NCBI GenBank assembly: GCA_965248435.1
Contig: OZ252100.1
Location: forward strand, 4,096,001-4,160,000
From: Candidatus Latescibacterota bacterium
Lineage (GTDB): Bacteria; Latescibacterota; UBA2968; GCA-2709665
DNA: 64,000 nucleotides
Reading direction: 5' to 3'
Shown here: positions 46,566 through 54,638 of the stretch, one piece after another
Layout: the number at the start of each line of letters is the position of its first letter
Position numbering within the stretch: position 1 is the stretch's first letter
Made by a program: the position numbers and the translations under genes
Notes under the pieces: generated by a model
Database searches by the model: none
Seen by the model: the letters and a program-made list of their open reading frames with translations, nothing else
Told to the model about the DNA's origin: nothing

Positions 46566-46658
46566 AGTGAACGCCTCCTTTTGCGTCCTTCACACCGTAT
46601 CAACAAAATTTATCCGACGAGATACGCTTAACGAGATACGAGATACGAGATACGCTCT

Positions 46659-47450
46659 TTACCAGATCGTCCAGCCGCCGTCGACGACGAGGTTGTGACC
46701 GGTGATCCAGTCTCCGGCCTTCGAGGCGAGGAGACCCACGGCCCCCTTCAGGTGCTCCGGCCTGCCGTGGACCTGGAGCGCGTTGAGCAGTCGGTAGCGC
46801 TCGGCCTGTTTCGGGTCCATATCCGGCTTCAGGATCTGTCCGGGGCTGATGCAGTTGGCCGTGATGCCGTGCGAGCCGAGCTCGGCGGCGAGCGCGCGCG
46901 TGAGGTTGATGACGGCGCCCTTCGCGGCCTGGTAGGGGGGACCCGACCGGGGTTTCATGTCCAGGCCTTCGTACATCCGGAGGTCGGCCGTCGTAAACCC
47001 GTGGATCGAACCGATCGTGATGATCTTGCCGGATCGCTGGGGGATCATCACGCGGGCCGCGGCCTGGGCGCACATGTAGATGCTCTTGACGTTCGTCTCC
47101 CATGTCAGCGTGAACTCTTCGATCGAGGCGTCCGGGATGTAGGTGGTCGTGGCGCTTCCGCCGGCGTTGCAGACGACGATGTCCAGCTGACCTTTTTGGG
47201 CGACGACGGTGTCGATCAGGGCATCGACCTGGGCTTCGTCGGTGACGTCGCAGCCGAGTCCGGTGCAGTCGATCCCGGCCTCCTGCAGCTCGCCGGCGAC
47301 CTGTTCGCAGAGGGCCTTACGCCGGCTCGCGATGTACACGACGGCGCCAAGCTCACCGAGAGCGGTGGCCATGGCCGTGCCGAGATGGGTGCCCCCGCCG
47401 GTGACGATGGCGACTTTGCCTGTTAGGTCGAAGAGTTCCTGGACAGTCAT
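46659..47450 (-). CDS. SDR oxidoreductase (gluconate 5-dehydrogenase-like)
   Basis: LFDLTGKVAIVTGG, CNAG, YQAAK. Confidence 0.9.
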   Translation of the reverse strand: MTVQELFDLTGKVAIVTGGGTHLGTAMATALGELGAVVYIASRRKALCEQVAGELQEAGIDCTGLGCDVTDEAQVDALIDTVVAQKGQLDIVVCNAGGSATTTYIPDASIEEFTLTWETNVKSIYMCAQAAARVMIPQRSGKIITIGSIHGFTTADLRMYEGLDMKPRSGPPYQAAKGAVINLTRALAAELGSHGITANCISPGQILKPDMDPKQAERYRLLNALQVHGRPEHLKGAVGLLASKAGDWITGHNLVVDGGWTIW

Positions 47451-47537
47451 CTATTACCTCCACAAAAGATACGAGGTCTCACCGCGGAGGCGCAGAGAAC
47501 GCGGAGAGAGAATCGAATGATGAATATCGAAGCCGAT

Positions 47538-47741
47538 CCCGGTCCCTCGATACACCCGTGAGCCTTTTCCTAGGTGAAAACTGTTTATCTCACGGAGCGG
47601 GCACTCGGGAACTCGGGACTTCCGTATCAGGTGTTGAGCATAACGAATCAGTGTTGAATCACCCAGAGGCAAAACCCCCGAATCCCCGAGTGCGGCGCTG
47701 AGGAGGGTTCTGAATCACGCGCCGTGTATCGAGGGGTCGGG
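47538..47741. repeat. About 200-bp long inverted-repeat element (paired REP-like units or structured RNA)
   Basis: CCCTCGATACAC/GTGTATCGAGGG and GCACTCGGG/CCCGAGTGC long-range pairings. Confidence 0.65.
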
Positions 47742-47759
47742 CCCCAGGGAGCAGGCACG

Positions 47760-47792
47760 AAAAAGCACCTGCGAATATAATACACAGGTGCC
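47760..47792 (-). terminator. Terminator of the ligD-ku-TPR operon
   Basis: Minus strand GCACCTG-loop-CAGGTGC TTTTT. Confidence 0.65.
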
Positions 47793-47821
47793 AACTCACC
47801 TTGCCCAATGACTTGCCGACG

Positions 47822-48433
47822 CTATCCCTGGGTGGCCAGTGTCTGCTTCAGTCCGCTCAACAGGTCAACGACTTTGTCGATCTCCTCCTTCGGCGCCATG
47901 TCCCTGTATCTCGTGAAGGCTTCGACGGCGCGGCCGAACTCTTCGTTCAGGGCGTGGACCAGGCCCAGGTTGAACTGGGTGTTCGGATATCCGGGATGGA
48001 TCTCCGCCGCGATTTCGTAGTGCACGCGCGCGAGCGCGAGGTCACCCGTCTCGAAGTACTGGTTTGCGAGGTTGTAGTGGGTTTCGAAGTGGCGGGGGTT
48101 GGCCTTCAGGGATTTGGTGAAGCAGTCGAAGGCCTTGGCCGTCCTGCCCTGCTGGGATTCCAGGATGCCCAGGTTGCAGAAGGCATCGGCCACGCAGTCC
48201 CCTTCTGAGATCGCGGTCAAGTAGGCGTCGGCGGCCTTCGGGTCTCCCCGCTCGTCAAGCAGCAGGGCCTCCTCGAAGCGCCCGATCGTTCTGGGAAGTT
48301 CGAGGACATTTCCAGACGACGTGGAGAAGAGGTCGAGCTGATCGGGATCGAAACGCTTCCGCTTGCGCTTCTTGACACGCTTGAACCCGAACTTGGCCGG
48401 GGGCTTTCCCGGAAAGGCGATCACATTGGCCAC
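47822..48433 (-). CDS. TPR protein with a basic N-terminus and a QLDLF motif
   Basis: TPR units AFCNLG, THYNLA, QFNLG; 32 bp downstream of ku. Confidence 0.85.
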   Translation of the reverse strand: MANVIAFPGKPPAKFGFKRVKKRKRKRFDPDQLDLFSTSSGNVLELPRTIGRFEEALLLDERGDPKAADAYLTAISEGDCVADAFCNLGILESQQGRTAKAFDCFTKSLKANPRHFETHYNLANQYFETGDLALARVHYEIAAEIHPGYPNTQFNLGLVHALNEEFGRAVEAFTRYRDMAPKEEIDKVVDLLSGLKQTLATQG

Positions 48434-48465
48434 ACTCTTTTACCTCAGGACGAAGTCGTGTAACC

Positions 48466-49347
48466 TCAGGCGGCTTTTCGCTTTTTGGCCTTGGCCGTGG
48501 TCTTGGTCTTCTTCGCCTTCTTGGCCTTCTTCGTTTGGGCTCGGGCCTTTCCGGTGGCCTTCTTCATCGGCTTCCGATCGGCCTTGGCCTGCTCGATGCT
48601 GTCCTTGAGGGCGGTCATAATGTCCACGACCGGTGCGAGCTCCTCGGCGACGGTCACGATTTCCCTGCCCTCGACCTTGGCCTCCACCATCTCCTTCACG
48701 GCCTGTCGGTAGTTGTCCTTCAGCTCGATCTTGTCCAGGGATGTGGACATCGAGTCGACGAGACTCTGGGCCATCTTCAGCTGTTGGGCGTCCGCCGCTT
48801 CACCGTCCAGTTGAGGTACGTCGGCGATGTTTCGCACCATCTCGGGCGTGCGGAGCTTGTAAAGGATCAGTCCGTTTTCCTCCGGGCCGATCATGACGAT
48901 CTCTTCCCGGTCTCGGAGCACGACCTTGCCGATGCCCAGCTTTCCGCTCTGTCTCAGGGCCTCGCCGAGGAGGGCATAGGCCTTCGCCGCGACGTCGCCG
49001 TCGGGCCCGGCGAAATAGGGGGTCTCATACAGGGTCGGGTGGACTTCCGAGGCGTCCACGAACCCCTCGATCTCGATGATCTTCGTGCTTTTGAGTTTGA
49101 TCTTTTCGAGGTCTTCCGCTTCGACGATCACGAACTGCTCCGGCTCGTACTGGTAGCCCTTGACGATCTCCTCCTTGTCGAGCACCTTGCTGCACTTCTT
49201 ACACTTCTTGTCATATCCGATCGGACCGTTGCACTCCTTGTGCAGCTGGTTGAATCGGATGGTCTGGGCTGTGTCCACGGCGTTGTAGATGCGGATGGGG
49301 ATCGTGACCAGGGAGAAACGGATGTGGCCTTTCCAGATTGCTCGCAT
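48466..49347 (-). CDS. ku: NHEJ DNA end-binding protein Ku
   Basis: MRAIWKGHIRFSLVTIP, IVKGYQY, Lys-rich C-terminal tail. Confidence 0.95.
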   Translation of the reverse strand: MRAIWKGHIRFSLVTIPIRIYNAVDTAQTIRFNQLHKECNGPIGYDKKCKKCSKVLDKEEIVKGYQYEPEQFVIVEAEDLEKIKLKSTKIIEIEGFVDASEVHPTLYETPYFAGPDGDVAAKAYALLGEALRQSGKLGIGKVVLRDREEIVMIGPEENGLILYKLRTPEMVRNIADVPQLDGEAADAQQLKMAQSLVDSMSTSLDKIELKDNYRQAVKEMVEAKVEGREIVTVAEELAPVVDIMTALKDSIEQAKADRKPMKKATGKARAQTKKAKKAKKTKTTAKAKKRKAA

Positions 49348-49386
49348 GCTTTACCTCCGCGTCGGGTCTGGGTGTGACGTTTCGAT

Positions 49387-51714
49387 TCAGGCCGTCAGAT
49401 CGGGACGGAGCCGCACGAAGACCGGCTCGCGCAGCGTCCCGTTGGGTGTGAACGAGGCGTACTGGACCTCGCACAGCAGTTCAGGTTTCAGCCATGTCGT
49501 CTGGGCGTCGTCGACCGGTCTTTCCTTCACGGGACGTTTTCCCGGGGGGACCTTCTTGAGTTCTTTCAGCACGGTCTTGAGCATCCGATCGTCGAAGCCG
49601 GTCCCGACCTTGCCCAGATACTTCAGCCCGTCCCCGTTCCCCTGTGCAAGATGCAGCGCCCCGAATCCGGACCGGCGATCTCCCTTGCCTTCCGTGTAGC
49701 CGATGATCATACACTCGGTCGTCTGCCTGGCCTTTACCTTGAGCCACGAAGCGGACCGCCTGCCGGGCAGGTAATGACTGTCGGACTGTTTGGCCATGAT
49801 GCCCTCGAGGCCCATCTTCTTGGCCGCCTCGAAGAGGTCATTCCCTTCGTCCACGGCCTCGCTGACGCGATAGGTCTCGTTCCTGCGGACGGCATCGGTC
49901 ATCCACTCGCGCCGCACCGTCAGGGGTTCGCTGACGATGGGCCGCCCGTCCAGGTAGAGGCAGTCGAACAGGTAGCAGACGGCGGGGTGCTTTGCGCTCG
50001 CGCGCGTAATCGCGCCCTCGCTCGTGGGATGGAGGCGGCCCACCGCGTGATGGAAGATCGGCCGGCCGCCTTCCTCGAGGCAGACGATCTCGGCGTCGAA
50101 AAGCGCGGAGGAGGCCCTGAAGGCCTGCTCGGGAATCAGCAGCTCCGGGAAGTATTTGGTGATGTCCCGCTGGCTGCGGCTTCTGATCCTCATTTCCCCT
50201 TCGTCGATCGCGATCATGGCCCGTATGCCGTCCCACTTGACTTCATACAGATATTCGGGTCCATCAGGCGGCTCGTCCTGGGTCTCCGCCAGCATGGGAT
50301 CGATCGGCTCGACGAGCCAGTCCACCTGAAGCGGATCGACGCGCTCCAGCAGACATTCCTTGTTCCGGGTGTTGATCAGCCGGTATTCACCGGTGACGCC
50401 CTCACCGTAGAGCCGAAAATAGAAACTGTCTTTCTTCTGCTTCGTGATTTCGTAGGTCCCGTGTCCGAAGATCCACATCCGGCCGCCGCCGTACTGGCCT
50501 TTCGGGATCGTGCCGTCGAAGGCGAGGTATTCGATCGGGTGGTCTTCCACGGAGACTGCCAGGCGCTTGATTCCCGGCCGGGGGGGGAGCCCCTTCGGAA
50601 CGGCCCACGACCTCAGTGCGCCCTCGTGTTCGAGCCGCAGGTCGTAGTGGAGCCTGGAGGCGTGATGGCGATGGATGACGAACGCATTTCCATCTCCCCC
50701 GATCTCGGCAGGAACGGGCTCGGGTGTCTTGCCGAAGTTCCGCTTCTGTCTGTACGCCTCGAGGTCCTCGGGTGACTTGAAGGTCGGGGACGGCCCGACC
50801 TGCCTCCTGGACTTTTTCGTCTGCTTCCGCTCGGTGTGGAGGTCCACGGCGTAGGCGTTGAATCCTTCCCAGGCATCCCCCTCAGAGCGAACGTGGTCCC
50901 TAACGGTGCGGATGTTGAAGACCTTCGGGTCGTCGACGCCGCTCAACTGCTCCCACTGGAGCGGCATCGAGATCGGGGCCGACACGGCGCCTCGAACGCT
51001 GTAGGGTGAAACGATCGTCTGGTAGTGACGGTTCCGGTAGATGTCGACGAGCACCTTTCCGCCACGTGCGTCTTTCTTGATGCGGAGGGTGGTCGACGAC
51101 CCGTGCGCGTCCACGAACGGCCGGGCGACATCCGCGGCGGCATCCGCGACCTGATCGAAGCTCCACCTGGGCTGGATCGGGCAGAGGATGTGCACGCCCT
51201 TTCGGCCGGTCGTCTTGACGAAGGGATGGTATCCGAACCCTTCGACGTGTTCCTTGAGGTCGATGGCCAGGCCGACCACTTCCTCGAATGGGAAATCTTC
51301 CGGGGGATCCAGGTCGAAGACGACGTAGTCCGGCTTGTCGTAGTGCGGCTTGTGAGAGTGCATCTGGTGCAGTTCAAGACAGGCCAGGTTTGCGACCCAG
51401 ACGAGGGTGGCCTCTTCGGAGGCGAGGATGTAGTCGATCTTGTCTTCTTCACCCAGTGCGACGTGCTGAACCCACTCGGGGGCCCAGTCCGGCCGGTTTT
51501 TCTGAAAGAATCGCCCACCCGTGATCCCATCCGGGTAGCGGACGAAGGAAAGGGGCCGGCCGTAGAGGTGCGAGAGGATCGTCGGCGCGATTTCCAGATA
51601 GTACTCGATGAGCTCGGCTTTGAGAAACCCGTCTCCGGGGAAGAGGACCTTATTCAGGTTCGAAAGCTCGATTTTGCGCTTTCCGACACTGGCTAATTGT
51701 GACGTTCTGGCCAT
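49387..51714 (-). CDS. ligD: NHEJ DNA ligase D (polymerase - phosphoesterase - ligase)
   Basis: RYPDGI, FDLDP, KTTGRKGVH (POL); HYDLRLE, SWAVPKG (PE); EVKWDG, EGIMAK, WLKVK (LIG). Confidence 0.95.
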   Translation of the reverse strand: MARTSQLASVGKRKIELSNLNKVLFPGDGFLKAELIEYYLEIAPTILSHLYGRPLSFVRYPDGITGGRFFQKNRPDWAPEWVQHVALGEEDKIDYILASEEATLVWVANLACLELHQMHSHKPHYDKPDYVVFDLDPPEDFPFEEVVGLAIDLKEHVEGFGYHPFVKTTGRKGVHILCPIQPRWSFDQVADAAADVARPFVDAHGSSTTLRIKKDARGGKVLVDIYRNRHYQTIVSPYSVRGAVSAPISMPLQWEQLSGVDDPKVFNIRTVRDHVRSEGDAWEGFNAYAVDLHTERKQTKKSRRQVGPSPTFKSPEDLEAYRQKRNFGKTPEPVPAEIGGDGNAFVIHRHHASRLHYDLRLEHEGALRSWAVPKGLPPRPGIKRLAVSVEDHPIEYLAFDGTIPKGQYGGGRMWIFGHGTYEITKQKKDSFYFRLYGEGVTGEYRLINTRNKECLLERVDPLQVDWLVEPIDPMLAETQDEPPDGPEYLYEVKWDGIRAMIAIDEGEMRIRSRSQRDITKYFPELLIPEQAFRASSALFDAEIVCLEEGGRPIFHHAVGRLHPTSEGAITRASAKHPAVCYLFDCLYLDGRPIVSEPLTVRREWMTDAVRRNETYRVSEAVDEGNDLFEAAKKMGLEGIMAKQSDSHYLPGRRSASWLKVKARQTTECMIIGYTEGKGDRRSGFGALHLAQGNGDGLKYLGKVGTGFDDRMLKTVLKELKKVPPGKRPVKERPVDDAQTTWLKPELLCEVQYASFTPNGTLREPVFVRLRPDLTA

Positions 51715-51794
51715 CGACCGTCCTTGCCGATCTCGGTTCCCGGGCCGACCCGAGGGTGGCTTCCGGACCCCGATTCTGGTGCTAAGATTCGCTG

Positions 51795-51839
51795 TTATAA
51801 GGTCTTATAAAGATAAGAACTGCCGTCTTGCGTTGTCAA
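51795..51839 (-). promoter_or_regulatory. ligD promoter TTGACA-N18-TATCTT with an adjacent palindrome TTATAAG-GT-CTTATAA
   Basis: Direct reading of the minus strand. Confidence 0.5.
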
Positions 51840-51972
51840 CGGACAAATTCCGAATCAGTTGCATCTATTTGGCCAATGCGTTATATTATAAGCCGTTTAG
51901 GCACGGCATTTGCCTTTTCAGAGGGGAAAAGACGGGGGCAACCCCAGCGACACCATCTTCAGAGGAAGACCC

Positions 51973-52242
51973 ATGGGAGCGATGTTTTCAGGGCTGTTTG
52001 CTGTCCTTTGCCTGTTTGCGGTGATTGTTGCCAAATATTTGACTTCGGCGAAACTCCAGAGTTGGCGCCAGCGGGTAATTGAGTCCGAAAATGAGGCTCG
52101 AAAGGCCAGGGGCAGGGTGAAAGCGGCCGAGAACGAGAAGGGCGTGGCAAGCCGCGGGGTGAACACCCAGGAGCGGAAGAAGAAGACACTGGAGCGGCAA
52201 ATCGACAAATTCAGAAAGGAACTCGCCGAGCTGAAGAGTTAG
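51973..52242 (+). CDS. Small protein with an N-terminal TM helix and a coiled coil
   Basis: 89 aa; RBS GAGGA; followed by a terminator. Confidence 0.6.
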   Translation: MGAMFSGLFAVLCLFAVIVAKYLTSAKLQSWRQRVIESENEARKARGRVKAAENEKGVASRGVNTQERKKKTLERQIDKFRKELAELKS

Positions 52243-52267
52243 CCTTTCAGCGACGCTGTGATATGAA

Positions 52268-52301
52268 GAGGCCCCCTGGTTTTCCAGGCGGGCTTTTTTT
52301 T
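52268..52301 (+). terminator. Rho-independent terminator
   Basis: GCCC(C)CCTGG/CCAGGCGGGC followed by T8. Confidence 0.7.
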
Positions 52302-52588
52302 GTCCTTGCACGATGCACCGGGGGCGGGTGATGATGGGGAATTCAGCCACCTCGTGACAGATTTCCGACAGCTCTGTCGCCGTCCGGCAGCATTCGAGGC
52401 TGCGACAGAGGGCCGACGATAGGGATGGACGAATTTAAGGACCCTATAAACATCATCTTGTGGGCGGACATTTCAGATCGCCCGCGGGGCGGTGTATGAT
52501 GGCACACGTTGTGCATTGATAAGGATCTCGGAGAAGCACGCCGTCCAGGTCCGATCGCGAATCTCGTTCTAACGTGGGGGAGCGACAG

Positions 52589-52960
52589 ATGAAGATTCTC
52601 CTTGCAGAGGATGATCCGACGATCCGTAAGCTTTATGGCGAGGTGCTCGAGAGCTGCGGCCACGCCGTGATCACGGCGCGCGACGGCCGGGAGGCACTGA
52701 CGCGGATTGCGGAAGGGGAGTGTGATCTGGTGGTGATGGACCTCCATATGCCCAACATGAACGGGTTTGAGGCCCTCGGGGAGATGAAGCGGCAGGGGTC
52801 GAACCTGCCGGTGATCGTCATCTCGGGGTTCTATCCTGAGGATGTGATGGCGGAGCAGTTCCAGGATCTGGGACTGGAGATCAAGGAGGTGCTCAAGAAG
52901 CCTGTCAAGATCACGGACATTTCAAATGCGATTCACCGCGTCACCGTGGGGATGAGCTGA
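52589..52960 (+). CDS. Single-domain response regulator (receiver)
   Basis: AEDD, MDLHMP, ISG, KP. Confidence 0.9.
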   Translation: MKILLAEDDPTIRKLYGEVLESCGHAVITARDGREALTRIAEGECDLVVMDLHMPNMNGFEALGEMKRQGSNLPVIVISGFYPEDVMAEQFQDLGLEIKEVLKKPVKITDISNAIHRVTVGMS

Positions 52961-52997
52961 GGCTCCGCGGCGCAGAGCGGCAGGGCGGGAAAACGAA

Positions 52998-53369
52998 ATG
53001 GCCACCATCCTGATTATCGACGACGACGAACCGGTGAGGCTCGTGATTCGTGAGATCCTCGAAAAGGCAGGGCACCAGGTCATCGAGGCAGAGGACGGTG
53101 TTGTGGGCTTGAGGGTCTACCGCGAGCGGCTCCCGGACCTGGTGACGACGAACATCCTGATGCCGGAGAAAGATGGGATCGAAACGATCAAGGAGCTGAA
53201 ACAAGAATTCCCGAACGTGAAGATCATCGCGATTTCAGGCGCTGACGTCTCCGGCGTCTTCGGCTTTCTTTCCCTGGCCAGAGAACTCGGCGCCGAGCGC
53301 GCTTTGGTAAAGCCCTTCCACAAACAGGAGATCCTGGAGGCGGTAGAGGAACTCCTAGAAGAGACGTAG
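52998..53369 (+). CDS. Single-domain receiver lacking the phosphoacceptor Asp
   Basis: IDDD, PDLVTTNILMP (D to N), ISG, KPF. Confidence 0.85.
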   Translation: MATILIIDDDEPVRLVIREILEKAGHQVIEAEDGVVGLRVYRERLPDLVTTNILMPEKDGIETIKELKQEFPNVKIIAISGADVSGVFGFLSLARELGAERALVKPFHKQEILEAVEELLEET

Positions 53370-53419
53370 GACTCAGTCTCGAGTTTCTTGTTTCTTGTTT
53401 CGAGTTGACAGCAAACATT

Positions 53420-53452
53420 AAAACCCCCTTTCCAACAGGAAAGGGGGTTTTT
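53420..53452. terminator. Bidirectional terminator
   Basis: AAAACCCCCTTTCC-AACA-GGAAAGGGGGTTTT between convergent genes. Confidence 0.8.
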
Positions 53453-53601
53453 CGTGGTCCGTGAAATCAAATTCAGATCGAGGGACAACAGTCCAGAGCA
53501 GAATCAATCCTGGTTGCTTTTCCCGTGTGGATTCTCTGCGATCCCTGCTTTCGCAGGGACATGCCTCTGCGTCTCTGCGGTGAGATTTCTCATTTTATCA
53601 T

Positions 53602-54462
53602 TCAGTCTTTTATGGCGAGCAATTCACGCAGGTGTTCTGCCGCGAGGCGCACGGCCTCCCGGTCGTCGCAGCGGTTGCGGTCGCTGCCGTCGAGTTCCCT
53701 GCCTTCGAAGACGATCGATATGTTCCCGTTGAAATCGACCGCCCTCAGGATCTGCAGGACACGTTTGTAGTCGATCCACTCTTCCCAGCCCTGGTCGATC
53801 TTGTAGATCTTGGCCCGAACACACGTGGCATACGGGGCGGTCTGTTCCATGTACTTGTAGATGTCGACGCTCGGATCGAAACTCCCGTCGCGCGGCTGTG
53901 CGCCGATCGACCCCAGCCATTGCCCCGTGTCCATGATGTGGGTGAAGTTCTCACGGTCCACATCGCCGAGGATCTGCAGGACGTCGTCGCCGGTCATCGC
54001 CAGGCTCTTGTTGTCGTGGTTCTGCAGCCCGACGACCATGCCTTTCTTGGCCGCGAAATCCGAGACCTCCTGGAATCGGCGGATCATCGGGGGATAGAAG
54101 GCGTCTCGATTCTCCAGGGCGACGAGACCCCCTCCCGCGAAGACGCGGATCATGTCCGCCCCCAGGAAGGCGGCCACATCCACGGCCTCCATGGCCTCCG
54201 CGAGGCGCGTTTTGCCGTCCTCTTCGGACGCGGCGAAGTGGCCGAGGTATCCGACGTAGCCGATGGGCAGGCCGTACTTCAGACAGAGCATCCTGAAGAG
54301 GAGGAGATAGTCCGGATCTTTCGAGAGAAACCCCCGGTCCATCTCCAGATCGATCACGTCGAGCTTCAGCTCGTAAGCGATGCGGGCGAAGGTGTCGAGG
54401 TCGACGTAGCGATCTCGATCCTCTGTATCGCGATGGGTGTGCTGCCAACCCAGCTTGATCAT
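53602..54462 (-). CDS. Sugar phosphate isomerase/epimerase (xylose-isomerase-like TIM barrel)
   Basis: IRVFAG, LQNH, MDTGQW, IVFEG. Confidence 0.82.
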   Translation of the reverse strand: MIKLGWQHTHRDTEDRDRYVDLDTFARIAYELKLDVIDLEMDRGFLSKDPDYLLLFRMLCLKYGLPIGYVGYLGHFAASEEDGKTRLAEAMEAVDVAAFLGADMIRVFAGGGLVALENRDAFYPPMIRRFQEVSDFAAKKGMVVGLQNHDNKSLAMTGDDVLQILGDVDRENFTHIMDTGQWLGSIGAQPRDGSFDPSVDIYKYMEQTAPYATCVRAKIYKIDQGWEEWIDYKRVLQILRAVDFNGNISIVFEGRELDGSDRNRCDDREAVRLAAEHLRELLAIKD

Positions 54463-54536
54463 CGCGTATCTCGTATTTCGTGCCAGGTTCTTCGGGAATC
54501 GGAAAACAGAGCAGTGAGAAGAAGCGAGTGCTGGGG

Positions 54537-54620
54537 AAATGGAGTAATGGAGTAATGGAGTAATGGGGAGACAGTGCTAAGATTCTGGTTTTCCCAATAC
54601 TCCAGTACTGCAATACTCCA
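54537..54620. repeat. Octamer repeat (AATGGAGT)n with an inverted degenerate (TACTCCAR)n block
   Basis: Direct reading. Confidence 0.7.
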
Positions 54621-54638
54621 GAATCACAGAAATGCCCA

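Noticed and set aside
45544-46631. 349-aa minus and 273-aa plus ORFs
   Set aside because: Alternative frames over the membrane gene 45855-46565, which has the RBS and TM pattern
49651-51696. Plus-strand ORFs of 374 and 223 aa
   Set aside because: Antisense to ligD
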